64,000 nucleotides of DNA from an uncultured delta proteobacterium. Lineage in GTDB: Bacteria; Desulfobacterota; BSN033; UBA1163. Position 1 is the first letter of the stretch. The number at the start of each line of letters is the position of its first letter. Below, piece by piece: positions 40,891 to 51,351 of the stretch. The stretch spans positions 576,001 through 640,000 of the forward strand of contig CAWHBU010000004.1 in assembly GCA_963827685.1 (NCBI GenBank), in the 5' to 3' direction. Position numbers and translations under genes: made by a program. Below the pieces are notes generated by a model. That model did not search any database, had not been told where the DNA came from, and saw only the letters and a list, made by a program, of their open reading frames with translations.

Positions 40891-41613
40891 TCAGCAGTGA
40901 ACTTTTCTTTTTAATTTCTCGGTCAGATCAGAGACATTTTCATATTCGATTCGATTCAGTGATTTCGTTGCCTCTGGAAGAGGGGAGCCTTTTCTACAGA
41001 TAATGATGGTTTCTTTCCCCATGCCCAGGGCCACGCCGAGTTCAAGAAGAGTATCGGTTTTTTCAGGCGTCGAGAGATCATAAATTCCAAACCTGGCGCG
41101 TTTGATCTGGTCGATTCGTTGATGAAGGGGTTTTTCTTTTCGAGAGGCTTCCGTATCCAGGATCGGGCTCTGTCCGCTTCCTTCAAAGGCGCTTTTGATC
41201 GCCTGAATTAAGTCGGGCTCCTCGACTCCGGAAGAGATGAAATATTCTTCCTTGAGGGTGAACTCCACGGTCTTTGGCGTGGTCTGGATATTTTTAAAGA
41301 GGGTTCGATCCAAAGTCAATTCTTTGATGGCTGATTGAAGGATATTTTTTACATTCTCGAGATCCTTTTTATAGCGGGCGGCATTAACCTTACCGATCTC
41401 AGCCGAAGCAAAAGCTTTGACACTCATCTCCCGAAATCGGAGGGCGAGGAAATTTTGATAGTGGATCGACTTAGAACCGAAGACTTTCTCTAAAATCGTT
41501 TTGGTTTCGGACTGCCAGTGTTTAAAATTTTCATGATCAGCATGAAGACCTGGCATTTCGTCCGCTCGGTTTAACTGTTCTTTGATCAATTCAATCGGGT
41601 CTCGTTCTGGCAT
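40891..41613 (-). CDS. Hypothetical protein with C-terminal TIR/nucleoside-deoxyribosyltransferase-like domain
   Basis: IKRARFGIYDLS...LLELGVALGMGKETIII resembles the D-L-S/T...ELG.A...K motif. Helical N-terminus. Confidence 0.6.
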   Translation of the reverse strand: MPERDPIELIKEQLNRADEMPGLHADHENFKHWQSETKTILEKVFGSKSIHYQNFLALRFREMSVKAFASAEIGKVNAARYKKDLENVKNILQSAIKELTLDRTLFKNIQTTPKTVEFTLKEEYFISSGVEEPDLIQAIKSAFEGSGQSPILDTEASRKEKPLHQRIDQIKRARFGIYDLSTPEKTDTLLELGVALGMGKETIIICRKGSPLPEATKSLNRIEYENVSDLTEKLKRKVHC

Positions 41614-42104
41614 TTTTCATCCTCCCCATCATTCCTATCAAAGCCGAAGATAACAGTGGTGAAATTGAATGTCAACCCTCTCCCATTTTTTGAAGATGTC
41701 AATCCTTGCACACCATGTGAGTCATCTCTTATTCAACCCAATTCTCCCATTATTCTAGGATATTAGACTTCTGTATAACAATGTGAAACTTTTCTTCTTG
41801 ACAAACCGTTCTTATATTGATATTCGATGTATAATCTTCTAGTCAATTTCAAGAACAGTTCTAACCCTTCTGTAAATAAGAATTCAATTTCCCTTTGAAG
41901 AGATTTCTATGGAAGTTTAGAAACCTCTAGGCAGAAACGCATAGCAGTTTTTCAGACCTCTCTTTGAAGGAGAACGAGGGTGGAATTCCAGGATTGAAGT
42001 GAGACACTTTCTCGTTGAAAGAATCTTTGGAAAATTTTGGGAATGGTACACCCATAATGGGTAAAGTATTTTGGAGGGTAAAAAAAAGAAAGGAGGAATG
42101 ACAA

Positions 42105-43421
42105 ATGAACAGGTTCGGCAAAGGAATGATCATCTCAGTAATCGTTTTTTTATTCGCGGTGTCGTCATGGACAGTTGCTTTTGGACAGGAGATTAAGATC
42201 GGCGTGATCGGCCCGATGAAATTTGTGCAGGGCCAGGGCCATTGGAACGGGGCAACCATGGCCGCCGAGGAGATTAACGCCAAAGGGGGCATAAAGGTTG
42301 GTGACAAAAAGATGAAAATCAAGCTTGTTCAGGCAGATTCCAACGAATTCCTCAACGTTACGGATGCCACCAACGCCATGGAGCGTTTAATGACCCAGGA
42401 CAAAGTGGATTTCGTTGTCGGCGGTTTCCGAACCGAGGCTGTCCTGCCCATGCAGGACATTGCCATGGAGCACAAGAAGATCTTTATCGGCTGTGGGGCT
42501 GCCCATCCTGAGCTCTGTGAGCGGGTGGCCAAGAACTACAATACCTACAAATATTTTTTCCGGGGCACCCCTTTCAATTCCACATACCTTGTCAGGGCGG
42601 CCTTCTTCCATGTGGGCGCCGTCGCTGCCGTATTGAGACAATCCTTAAACATACCCAAAATAAAGGTCGCTGTCGTTGCGGAAAAGGCCATGTGGGCAGA
42701 TCCGATGATTCCAGCGGCCGAGGGCGCCCTTCCTAAGATGGGTATGGAGGTGGCAGGTGTTTGGAGACCCTCTCCGGTGGCTACGGATGTCGCAGCCGAA
42801 CTGTCCGCCATCCAGCGTTCAGAGGCCCATATTATTTTCACGATTTTTTCCTCGTCGGTGGGAATTCCGTTTGCCAGACAGGCAGGCGAGCTCAAGATCC
42901 CGGCCGTACAGGTCGGCATCAATGTGGAGGCCCAGAAGGAGGGTTTCTGGCAGGCAACTCAGGGGATGGGTAACTACGTGATGACCTCGAATACCTATGC
43001 CCGTGGGGTCGAGGCCAATGAACTCACAAAGCCTTTTGTTGATGGCTATGTGAAAAGATTCGGCGAGGTGCCGACCTACACCGCGGATACCTACGCCACT
43101 ATTGTCTACACGCTTGCGCCGACCATCGAGCAGGCCGGGACCCTCGATTCCGACAAGCTGGTGTCCATCCTGGAGGAGCGTGTGTACAAGACCCCGCCTA
43201 GCACAATAAAATATATGAAGGATGCTGAAGGCCGACCTCTCCACGATCTAACATTTGGGCCGGGGTACGCAACCGGCATTGCCACTCAATGGCAGGACGG
43301 GAAGATAATGGGTGTCTGGCCTTACAAGTGGAAGATGACCCCAGAGTCACCTGAAGTCACATACAAAGGTATTGTCCCCATTAAGATACCGCCCTGGATG
43401 ATCGAGAAGTATAAAAAGTAA
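42105..43421 (+). CDS. Orphan LIV-family substrate-binding protein
   Basis: Signal peptide, EINAKGGI and GGFRTE (cf. GNFRSE in 21548-24142). No adjacent permeases. Confidence 0.9.
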   Translation: MNRFGKGMIISVIVFLFAVSSWTVAFGQEIKIGVIGPMKFVQGQGHWNGATMAAEEINAKGGIKVGDKKMKIKLVQADSNEFLNVTDATNAMERLMTQDKVDFVVGGFRTEAVLPMQDIAMEHKKIFIGCGAAHPELCERVAKNYNTYKYFFRGTPFNSTYLVRAAFFHVGAVAAVLRQSLNIPKIKVAVVAEKAMWADPMIPAAEGALPKMGMEVAGVWRPSPVATDVAAELSAIQRSEAHIIFTIFSSSVGIPFARQAGELKIPAVQVGINVEAQKEGFWQATQGMGNYVMTSNTYARGVEANELTKPFVDGYVKRFGEVPTYTADTYATIVYTLAPTIEQAGTLDSDKLVSILEERVYKTPPSTIKYMKDAEGRPLHDLTFGPGYATGIATQWQDGKIMGVWPYKWKMTPESPEVTYKGIVPIKIPPWMIEKYKK

Positions 43422-43438
43422 TTTATCTGCTATGTGGC

Positions 43439-43481
43439 ACGGCCCGCTCCTTCGAGCTTCAAAGAGAAGGGGCGGGCCGTT
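43439..43481 (+). terminator. Terminator-like hairpin
   Basis: ACGGCCCGCTCCTTC...GAAGGGGCGGGCCGT followed by T residues. Confidence 0.7.
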
Positions 43482-43549
43482 TCCATATTCTCCGAGCTAC
43501 TGAGGGAATCCCGCTCTCGTCATAGGCATCATCATAGGTGGTCTCATCA

Positions 43550-43690
43550 GTGGGAGTGTATACGCCCTTCTTTTTTGACCTCTCAGGAATGCATCAAGTA
43601 TTTGGGCGACGGGTTTACGTCGTGTGTGAGGGAGTTTTTCTACTTGGTTGAATTGTCTCCGCAGGCGGGTGTCAGGGAATTTATCTAAGT
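43550..43690 (-). pseudogene. Possible C-terminal remnant of an XRE-type regulator
   Basis: DTRLRRQFNQVEKLP...VAQILDAFL resembles XRE protein tails. No HTH seen. Confidence 0.35.
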
Positions 43691-43911
43691 GGATCCATTG
43701 CAGTGCTGTAAGTAAGGCGTCTGGAAAAGGAGATGACCTCTGATAAGAAATCATCGAAACTTGTCGATAAGCTTGATTCGCATTTCATGGCACCATGATT
43801 GACACCATGATGTGCCATAGTCTTTTTTCTTTTCCGTATAATCCTGCTTGCAGAAAAAATACGTCGGCGATACCTGTCTGCTGGCAGACGGGAATGCTGA
43901 CGCTATATCCC

Positions 43912-45504
43912 TCATAAAACATACTGATACCTTGAACGAAACACAGGGTCAGCAGGCAACTTTTTGATCGGATGATCACCATTGGCAGCGGCATGTTCCA
44001 ACGATTTGAATACGATCTCCACCTCTTCCGGGGCACCGATGGCCGAGGCGATCTCCTCTGATGTGAAAGACTTTCCCTTTTCTTTTTTAAGAAAGGCAAG
44101 GGCTTTGGCCTGGAGCTGAATCACCAATCCCGCCGCTTTTTTGCCTGCCTCCACACCGGGCTGATGATAGGCATTGACATGGATCAGTGATGCATAGAAG
44201 CCCACGGCCCGCTCATAGAGCGCGATTAAGGTGCCGATGGAGCGGGGATCTACCTTTTCAATCGTAAGGGTGATGGATTCCCGGTCCTTCTCGCTCAGGG
44301 CCCTTCGGGTCCCCTGGAGAAAAGCGTTTAGATAATCGCCGCTGGTGGCCTTCCCGTCCAGCACTAAAGAACGACCTTGGCGGTCCTTGAGCACCTCAAT
44401 GAGGGTGACAAAGAAGTTGTTCAGCCCTTCGCGAAGCTGCTGGACATAAGCGTGTTGATCGGTAGAACCCTTATTGCCGTAAACCGAAATCCCCTGATTG
44501 ACGATTTGACCCTTGAGGTCTCTTTCTTTGCCAAGGGACTCCATGATGAGCTGCTGGAGGTATTTCGGAAAAAGCTGGAGTCTATCCTTATAGGGGAGGA
44601 TGACCATATCCTTTTTCCCGCAGCCTCCGGTGGCGTGATACCACGCAAGGGCCAAAAGAGCTGCAGGGTTGGCCCGGGAGTCCTTTTTCCGGGTTACTTC
44701 ATCGCAGAGACGGGCACCTTCCAAGAGTGCGTCGATATCGATACCCTGGAGCGCAGCGGGAAGAAGTCCTACCGCAGAAGTCTCCGAGGTTCTCCCCCCC
44801 ACCCAGTCCCACATCGGAAAACGCGCGATCCATCCTTCCTTTTTTGCCAGCCGGTCAACATCGCTATTGACCTCGGTAATCGCGACGGCGTGTTTCTCAA
44901 AACGAAGCCCCGTTGCTTGATAAGCAGCCTTTGCCTCAAGCATTCCATTCCGGGTTTCTATCGTGCCGCCACTTTTTGAGATAACAATGGTCATGGTCTC
45001 TGATAAGACACCTTTCATTTCTTTTAAGATCCGGTCGAATCCATCCGGATCGGTATTATCAAAAAAATAGGGTCTGATGGAGTCTTTGGAGGTCTTAAGC
45101 GCATCGGATACAAACTGAGGGCCCAGGGCCGATCCGCCGATGCCGATGATCAGCATACGGGAAAAAGGTTTGCCTTTTTGGGATTTTATCTTTCCGGCAT
45201 GAACCTTTTTAACAAAATCTTTGATGGCCTGGAGGGTTTTCTCAATGTCGCGGGTAATTTCTCTTTCGGGGGCCAATTCCGGGGCACGGAGCCAGTAATG
45301 GCCAACCATCCGATTCTCATCAGGGTTTGCAATGGCCCCAGATTCAATGGCCTCCATATCCTTAAAGGCTTTTTGGATCGGAGGGCCCATCCGATTGAAA
45401 TAATCATCCGGAAACATCATGCGGCTGATATCCACCATCAGCCCGATTTCAGGATTGAAATTGAGATACTCTTTATACCGTTCCCATTGTTCGATGCTTT
45501 TCAT
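43912..45504 (-). CDS. pgi: Glucose-6-phosphate isomerase
   Basis: [38 protein letters not shown] and QPGVEAGK motifs. Confidence 0.96.
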   Translation of the reverse strand: MKSIEQWERYKEYLNFNPEIGLMVDISRMMFPDDYFNRMGPPIQKAFKDMEAIESGAIANPDENRMVGHYWLRAPELAPEREITRDIEKTLQAIKDFVKKVHAGKIKSQKGKPFSRMLIIGIGGSALGPQFVSDALKTSKDSIRPYFFDNTDPDGFDRILKEMKGVLSETMTIVISKSGGTIETRNGMLEAKAAYQATGLRFEKHAVAITEVNSDVDRLAKKEGWIARFPMWDWVGGRTSETSAVGLLPAALQGIDIDALLEGARLCDEVTRKKDSRANPAALLALAWYHATGGCGKKDMVILPYKDRLQLFPKYLQQLIMESLGKERDLKGQIVNQGISVYGNKGSTDQHAYVQQLREGLNNFFVTLIEVLKDRQGRSLVLDGKATSGDYLNAFLQGTRRALSEKDRESITLTIEKVDPRSIGTLIALYERAVGFYASLIHVNAYHQPGVEAGKKAAGLVIQLQAKALAFLKKEKGKSFTSEEIASAIGAPEEVEIVFKSLEHAAANGDHPIKKLPADPVFRSRYQYVL

Positions 45505-45609
45505 CAGTCGCCCCCATATAACCTGATTTTAAGATGTGCCATTAGGCGCTTAGCACATCAACATCGACATAAAATTGTCAATATCGTTTAGGTTGTTCTT
45601 AATAACATT

Positions 45610-45672
45610 GTAGCGCCCCCATTTATTGGGGGCGAATTCAGAATTTTCGTCGGCAATAAATGCCGACGCTAC
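45610..45672. repeat. GTAG-type REP doublet in inverted orientation
   Basis: GTAG-CGCCCCC-ATTTATT-GGGGGCG ... CGTCGGC-AATAAAT-GCCGACG-CTAC. Confidence 0.75.
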
Positions 45673-45710
45673 ATCTTATCTCCCTTACATCCTGATTTCT
45701 AGAGGGACTC

Positions 45711-46727
45711 CTAAGCCTTTAAGAGATTCGCGGCACGGGAGGCTGCACCGAGAAGAGCTGTCCTTTCATTCATAATGACTCTGACGGGAATCTGAGACAC
45801 AATACGGGACAGCCTTCCTTTATCCTTGAAAGCCTTCATGAAAGTTCCGTCTTTCAGCTTCCAGATGATCTTAGGAGCAATTCCACCTCCGATATAGACC
45901 CCTCCCACCGACATGACTTGAAGGGCGAGATTTCCGGCTGCCGCACCGTAGATGGAAGTGAAGAGATCCAGGGCCTTCACACACAACCTATTCTTCTTGA
46001 GGAGAGCCGTCTCAGAAATCACTTCAGCCGGGTCTTTTCCTTTCATCTTTTCGGAGAGCCACGATGGCTCAAGGCCGAACCTTTTCGAGCCTTTCAGGAA
46101 TTGATAGATATGGAAAAGGCCCTCTCCTGAAAGAATTCGTTCATAACTGACATGATCGAAGGAACCGGAGAGGTAATGAAACAGCTCCAACTCCAGATGG
46201 TTTCTGGGCCCGAATTCAGCATGCCCTCCCTCAGAAGGAGAGGGCACATGTTGTTTCCCGTCCCAAAAAAGAATTGCCTCTCCAAGGCCTGTTCCGGCGG
46301 AGATCAGGGCTTGATTCCCCTTTTTTGTTCTGCCCGCATTTAAAATTTCAAAGTCCCCCTTCTTCAAAACAGAAATTCCATAAGCATTGGCAACGAGGTC
46401 ATTGATCACTTCCACCCTTTTGAGAGAGAGTACCTTTTGAAGGGATTGAATATTTATCCACCACGGAAGGTTTGTGGCGATGATGATTTCCTCAGTGACG
46501 GGGCCCGCCACGCCGAAACATGCTGAAGCAATCCCCCTCCGGTTTCTCAGAAAATGGCCGAGGATATTCTCCAATCCCTTATAATTTTTGCTTAAATAGT
46601 TTTTCTCAGACAGGAGGCGGAGGCGACCCCGCTTTACTTCAAAAAGCCCAAGGCGAGTGTTTGTTCCGCCCACATCTCCAGCGAGGATCAATTCAGATTT
46701 ACTCTTTTTCATTTTCACCTCTGCCAT
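45711..46727 (-). CDS. glk: Glucokinase
   Basis: AGDVGGTN, GVAGP, IND, GTGLG, SEGGH and GGGIAP motifs. Start 46727 or 46712. Confidence 0.95.
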   Translation of the reverse strand: MAEVKMKKSKSELILAGDVGGTNTRLGLFEVKRGRLRLLSEKNYLSKNYKGLENILGHFLRNRRGIASACFGVAGPVTEEIIIATNLPWWINIQSLQKVLSLKRVEVINDLVANAYGISVLKKGDFEILNAGRTKKGNQALISAGTGLGEAILFWDGKQHVPSPSEGGHAEFGPRNHLELELFHYLSGSFDHVSYERILSGEGLFHIYQFLKGSKRFGLEPSWLSEKMKGKDPAEVISETALLKKNRLCVKALDLFTSIYGAAAGNLALQVMSVGGVYIGGGIAPKIIWKLKDGTFMKAFKDKGRLSRIVSQIPVRVIMNERTALLGAASRAANLLKA

Positions 46728-47005
46728 CGAATCCCTCAAAGGTCGAGATAAATCAAACATCAAGATAGTTTATACATACACAGGAGTCCCCTGTCAATAT
46801 CATATCACTGTGGATTGGTTTTCTGAGTGATAGGGAGGGAAGAATAAGATCAGATTGTCTCATAAAATTTGACCGGAAAATAGGGTGAACCCCGTAGTCC
46901 CTGGTTAGAAAGACAGTATTTTTAAGAACGAATGATGAAAGAGGTTGAAAATCAAAGGATAAGATGTATAGAGTGGTTTTAGGATGGTTTCAGATTTAAG
47001 GAGGG

Positions 47006-47848
47006 ATGAAAATGGAGATCAAGATGATCGGAGTGCTTGGAGCAGGGCAAATGGGAAGCGGGATTGCCGAGGTGGCCCTCACTTCTGGGTTCAATGTCCT
47101 AATGAGAGATGTGACCGTGGAGGCAGTCCAGAAGGGGAAATTGAGAATTGTCACAGATTTTGACAGGCGTATCGAAAAAGGGAAAATGACGGCCCCTGAA
47201 GAAGAGACGATACTCCAGAGGCTTTCGACAACGACAAAGCTGGAAGATTTTGATAAGTGTGATTTCGTCATCGAAGCCGTGGTTGAGAATATCCCTTTGA
47301 AATGGGATGTCTTCAGAAAGCTCGACAAATTGACAGGGAAGGAAACAATGCTTGCAAGCAATACGTCTTCCATCTCCATCACCCGGATCGCTTCAGTGAC
47401 CAGGAGGCCGGATCGGGTGATCGGAATGCATTTTTTCAATCCAGCGCCTGTCATGAAATTGATTGAGATCGTCCGGGGGCTGGTCACTTCGGAGGAAACC
47501 TTTCGTATGGCTCGTGAGCTCAGTTTGAAATTGGGCAAAACTCCTTTTGAGGCAAATGATTTTCCCGGTTTTGTATCGAGTCGGCTGATTTTTAGCTATA
47601 TGAATGAAGCCGTCACCACTCTCTATGAAGGCCTGGGAAAAGCAGAAGATATTGATGCCATCATGAAGATGGGGGCCAATCATCCAATGGGCCCTTTAGC
47701 GCTTGCTGATTTAGTGGGACTGGATACCTGCCTGTCCGTCATGAATGTTCTCCAGGAGGCGTTTGGAGATAAATATCGGCCCTGCCCCCTCCTCGCCAAA
47801 TATGTGGAAGCAGGATATCTGGGAGTGAAGACGGGCAGGGGATTCTAG
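47006..47848 (+). CDS. hbd: 3-hydroxybutyryl-CoA dehydrogenase (TAG at a conserved Tyr; ancestral stop probably 47869)
   Basis: GAGQMGSGIA, SNTSS, GMHFFNP and HPMGP. Ends KTGRGF*EYGGKK*. Confidence 0.93.
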   Translation: MKMEIKMIGVLGAGQMGSGIAEVALTSGFNVLMRDVTVEAVQKGKLRIVTDFDRRIEKGKMTAPEEETILQRLSTTTKLEDFDKCDFVIEAVVENIPLKWDVFRKLDKLTGKETMLASNTSSISITRIASVTRRPDRVIGMHFFNPAPVMKLIEIVRGLVTSEETFRMARELSLKLGKTPFEANDFPGFVSSRLIFSYMNEAVTTLYEGLGKAEDIDAIMKMGANHPMGPLALADLVGLDTCLSVMNVLQEAFGDKYRPCPLLAKYVEAGYLGVKTGRGF

Positions 47849-47865
47849 GAATATGGAGGGAAGAA

Positions 47866-49031
47866 ATGATCGGGTTTGATTTAACGCCGGAACAGAAGAC
47901 CCTTCAAGAAAGGGCGAGACGTTTTTCTAAAGAAGTGATTCTGCCTGTGGCAGCCCAACATGATCGGGACGGAACCTTTCCTCTCGATGTGATGGAGAAG
48001 GCTCACCAGGAAGGGTACTTCACCCCGCTGGTTCCCAAAAAATATGGTGGGCGAGGCTTGGGCGTATTGGATACCTGCATTCTCTCAGAGGAACTGGCAG
48101 CAGGCTGCATGGGGATGTACGTCTCCATCTTTGTGAGTACGTTGGCACTCTATCCCATCATAAAGTTTGGGACAGAGGATCAGAAGAAGCGCTTTCTCAG
48201 GCCTTTCTGCTCAAAGTTTAGCATCGCCTCTTACTGTTTGAGTGAAGCGACAGTAGGATCGGATCCTGCTTCCATGCGGACCACTGCCGTTCTCGGCGGA
48301 GACCACTATCTCCTCAACGGAGACAAGATGTGGATCACCAATGGAGGATACGCCGATTTTTATCTCGTGTTTGCGACCACTGATCCTAAGAAAAAACATA
48401 AAGGGATCATCAGCCTCATCGTCCCTTCCCATTTAGAAGGGGTCAGTCATGGAGAGCCGATTGACAAGATGGGTCAGAGGGCTTCCAATACCACTTCGAT
48501 GATCTTCAAGAATGTGAGGGTTCCCAAGGAAAATCTCCTGGGGGGAGAAGAGGAGGGGGGGAGGGGTTTAAAAAGGCAATGGCTGCGCTCGATATCACCC
48601 GGCCGATGGTTGCCGTGGGATCCGTCGGGATGGCACGGACGGCTTTGGAATTGGCCACGCAATATGCGAAGAAAAGAATTCAATTTGGGGTTCCCATAGC
48701 CCAGCACCAGGCTGTTCGATTTATGCTGGCGGACATGGCGAAGGATATTGAGGCGGCAAGGCTTCTGGTCTGGAAGGCTGCGTGGCTGGCAGATCAGGGA
48801 ATTCGGAATTCGAAAGAGGCGGCCATCGCAAAGGCCTTTGCAGCGGATATGGCCATGCAGGTGACGACGAATGCCGTTCAAATCTATGGTGGGATGGGAT
48901 ACACGAAATGGCATCCGGTGGAGAAGTTGATGAGAGATGCAAAAGTCATTCAGATCTATGAGGGGACAGCCCAGATCATGAGGCTCATCATTGCTCGACG
49001 GTTGCTTGAGGAGACGGAGAGAACCGTTTAG
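47866..49031 (+). pseudogene. Acyl-CoA dehydrogenase split by frameshift in G7 run at 48555-48561 (or sequencing error)
   Basis: N-half YCLSEATVGSD and KMGQR; C-half in another frame EGFKKAM...RIQFG...YEGT. Confidence 0.88.
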
Positions 49032-49500
49032 CAGGCTGTCGAAAAATCCTAATACTCCGACATCGAACATATCAGACTTCCTTCCACAGAATTGATCTCG
49101 AGGACGCAAAAGGGAGCCTTCCCTCCTGTTGGTTTCCCTCAAAACAGTCTGATAGCGCCCATTTAATCAGTAAAATTGAGTCAAAATAATTTGCAAAATG
49201 ACATCGTGATCTATTACATTCTCATTAAAACAGAAGGATATACATGTGAGAAGAAAAATTATGACAAACAAGGAAGAGGATTATAAGAATAATCCTGGAT
49301 GCCGGAATTGTCCTTATTTTATAAATAAGCTTGTCTGTCCATTTCGTCGAAAAAATGCGGCGAAAGGGCATGCATCTCATCATTCAGGTACACGTCAGAG
49401 ATAGAACGAATGAGGGATGTTATCCCTCTTGACAGGGTGCCCTTTAATGGGCGATCCTATTATAAGTATAGGCGGATCACCATACCGAGCGAAGACTTTT

Positions 49501-50885
49501 ATGACCCCAAAATCTATCGATCATACACTGGACCAATTGGATAGAGACCTTCTCGAAGCGATCGTTGACAATCCCTATGAGTGCCCTGTGATCATTGACA
49601 CGAAGGGGATTATCCGCTTCATAAGCCACTATAGCAAGGACCTGATAGGGGTTGATCCTGTTACGGCAATAGGCCGGCATGTGAAAGAGGTCATCAAAGA
49701 AACGAATTTGCACGAGGTTGTGAAAACGGGTCGGGCTAAGATCGGGGAAACTCTCTTCATTGGCGGAAGGCTGCAAATTATTTCCAGAATTCCGCTGAGA
49801 AATCGGGAAGGGAAGATTGTTGGCGCTGTCGGCAAGGCCATGCTTCATCACGAGTCAAAAGTGATGGAAATCCAGAGACGTCTCGACGTACTCAACAGCA
49901 AGCTGAAATATTACAAGGATGAAATCAAGAGCCTGAAGGGACCCAGAGTCCTTATCGGCCAATCCGATCTGATTCAAAGGGCAAAGAAGTTAGCCTTGCA
50001 GGTCAGCGGTAGTGATTTTCCGGTTCTGATCACCGGAGAATCGGGGACCGGCAAAGAGACGATTGCCTATTATATCCATAGAAATAGCAAGCGAGCAAAC
50101 GGCCCTTTCATCAGAGTCAATTGTGCAGCCATTCCCCCGGAATTGATCGAGAGCGAGCTTTTTGGCTACGAGGCAGGCGCGTTTACTGGGGCCGGGCTCA
50201 GGGAAAGCCGGGGAAATTTGAGCTTGCAAACAACGGAACCATTCTCCTTGATGAAATCGGCGACATGCCTTTGACCATGCAGGCGAAACTTCTGAGAGTT
50301 CTTCAGGAACAAGAGTTGGAACATATCGGCGGGACCGCAACGATCAAGCTTGACTACCGGCTTATCGTATCTACAAACAAGAACCTCCAGGAGATGATGA
50401 AGCAAGGAACTTTTCGAGAGGATCTTTATTACCGCATCAGCTCCTTCCACATCCATGCACCGAGCCTCCGGAGCATACCGGAAGATATTCCGGCCATTGC
50501 CCGTCACCTGATGTCTATCTTGAATCAGGAGGTCGGGTCTTCCCCCACGGACATATCCGATGAGACGATGAAAATGCTCAAGAAATATCAATGGCCGGGG
50601 AACGTCCGGGAATTGAAAAATGTTCTGGAGAGAGGGCTAATCACGGCAAGAGGCGGACAACTCAAACCTGAGCATCTCCCGGGACGAATCACCCAGCTCG
50701 AGATGATGAACGAGGGTTTCATCCGACCCGACGGCTCTTTAAGGGATACGCTGGCGGATATGGAAAGGCAGATCATCGCGGATACCCTGCGGTCTGTGGG
50801 GGGGAACAGGATAAAGGCAGCTAAAATTCTGGGAATCCACAGGTCCTCACTTTACGAAAAAATGAAACAGCATAACGTCCTGTAA
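49501..50885 (+). pseudogene. PAS-AAA+-Fis sigma54 activator with 1-nt frameshift at ~50193 (or sequencing error)
   Basis: GESGTGKE and GAFTGA, then in another frame [23 protein letters not shown] and HTH. Confidence 0.88.
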
Positions 50886-50981
50886 ATCAGACATGTCTTA
50901 AATGCAAGACATAAATAAATCTTGTAATATGATTAATGAATTACAATTTTTTGTCCGCTCTGATGTCCGGATTTCAGAACA
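50876..50981. promoter_or_regulatory. Candidate enhancer (UAS) sites TGT-N12-ACA
   Basis: TGTCTTAAATGCAAGACA 50894-50911, TGTCCGGATTTCAGAACA 50964-50981 and CGTCCTGTAAATCAGACA 50876-50893. Confidence 0.6.
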
Positions 50982-51065
50982 TTGTTCCTCGCTTCAAAAG
51001 GCCTTTTTTAATTTCTTATTTATAAAGGTCGTTAGATATCAAATAGTTATGATTTTTATGGCGGG

Positions 51066-51081
51066 TGGCATGGTCTTTGCT
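51066..51081 (+). promoter_or_regulatory. Sigma54 -24/-12 promoter
   Basis: TGGCATGGTCTTTGCT fits TGGCAC-N5-TTGCW with exact GG-N10-GC spacing, directly downstream of a sigma54 activator gene. Confidence 0.8.
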
Positions 51082-51351
51082 CATATAGAAAATCTGGATA
51101 GATTGTTCGGGATGAAGTGTTATTTTGGACCGTAATTTTTCTGCATCTGCTTGTAATTGTATAGTAATTTAGACAGGAGGCTAACCTGGGCGTCATAGAC
51201 GCTCAGCCAAATAGAGCGGAGGCCGTTCATGTCAAATACCATTGCTTGGCACGAATGCGGTTTGGGTATTTATTGTTTTTGGCGCCACCCGGCTTACGCT
51301 GGCGGTGGCCGATTAGAACTTCATTAAATTAAAGAAAGGAGGAAGATCACA

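Noticed and set aside
49030-49155. TATCAGACT/AGTCTGATA inverted repeat
   Set aside because: Only 9 bp and single copy; insufficient to call an element.
51248-51263. Second sigma54 promoter (TGGCACGAATGCGGT)
   Set aside because: No GC at the -12 position with correct spacing.
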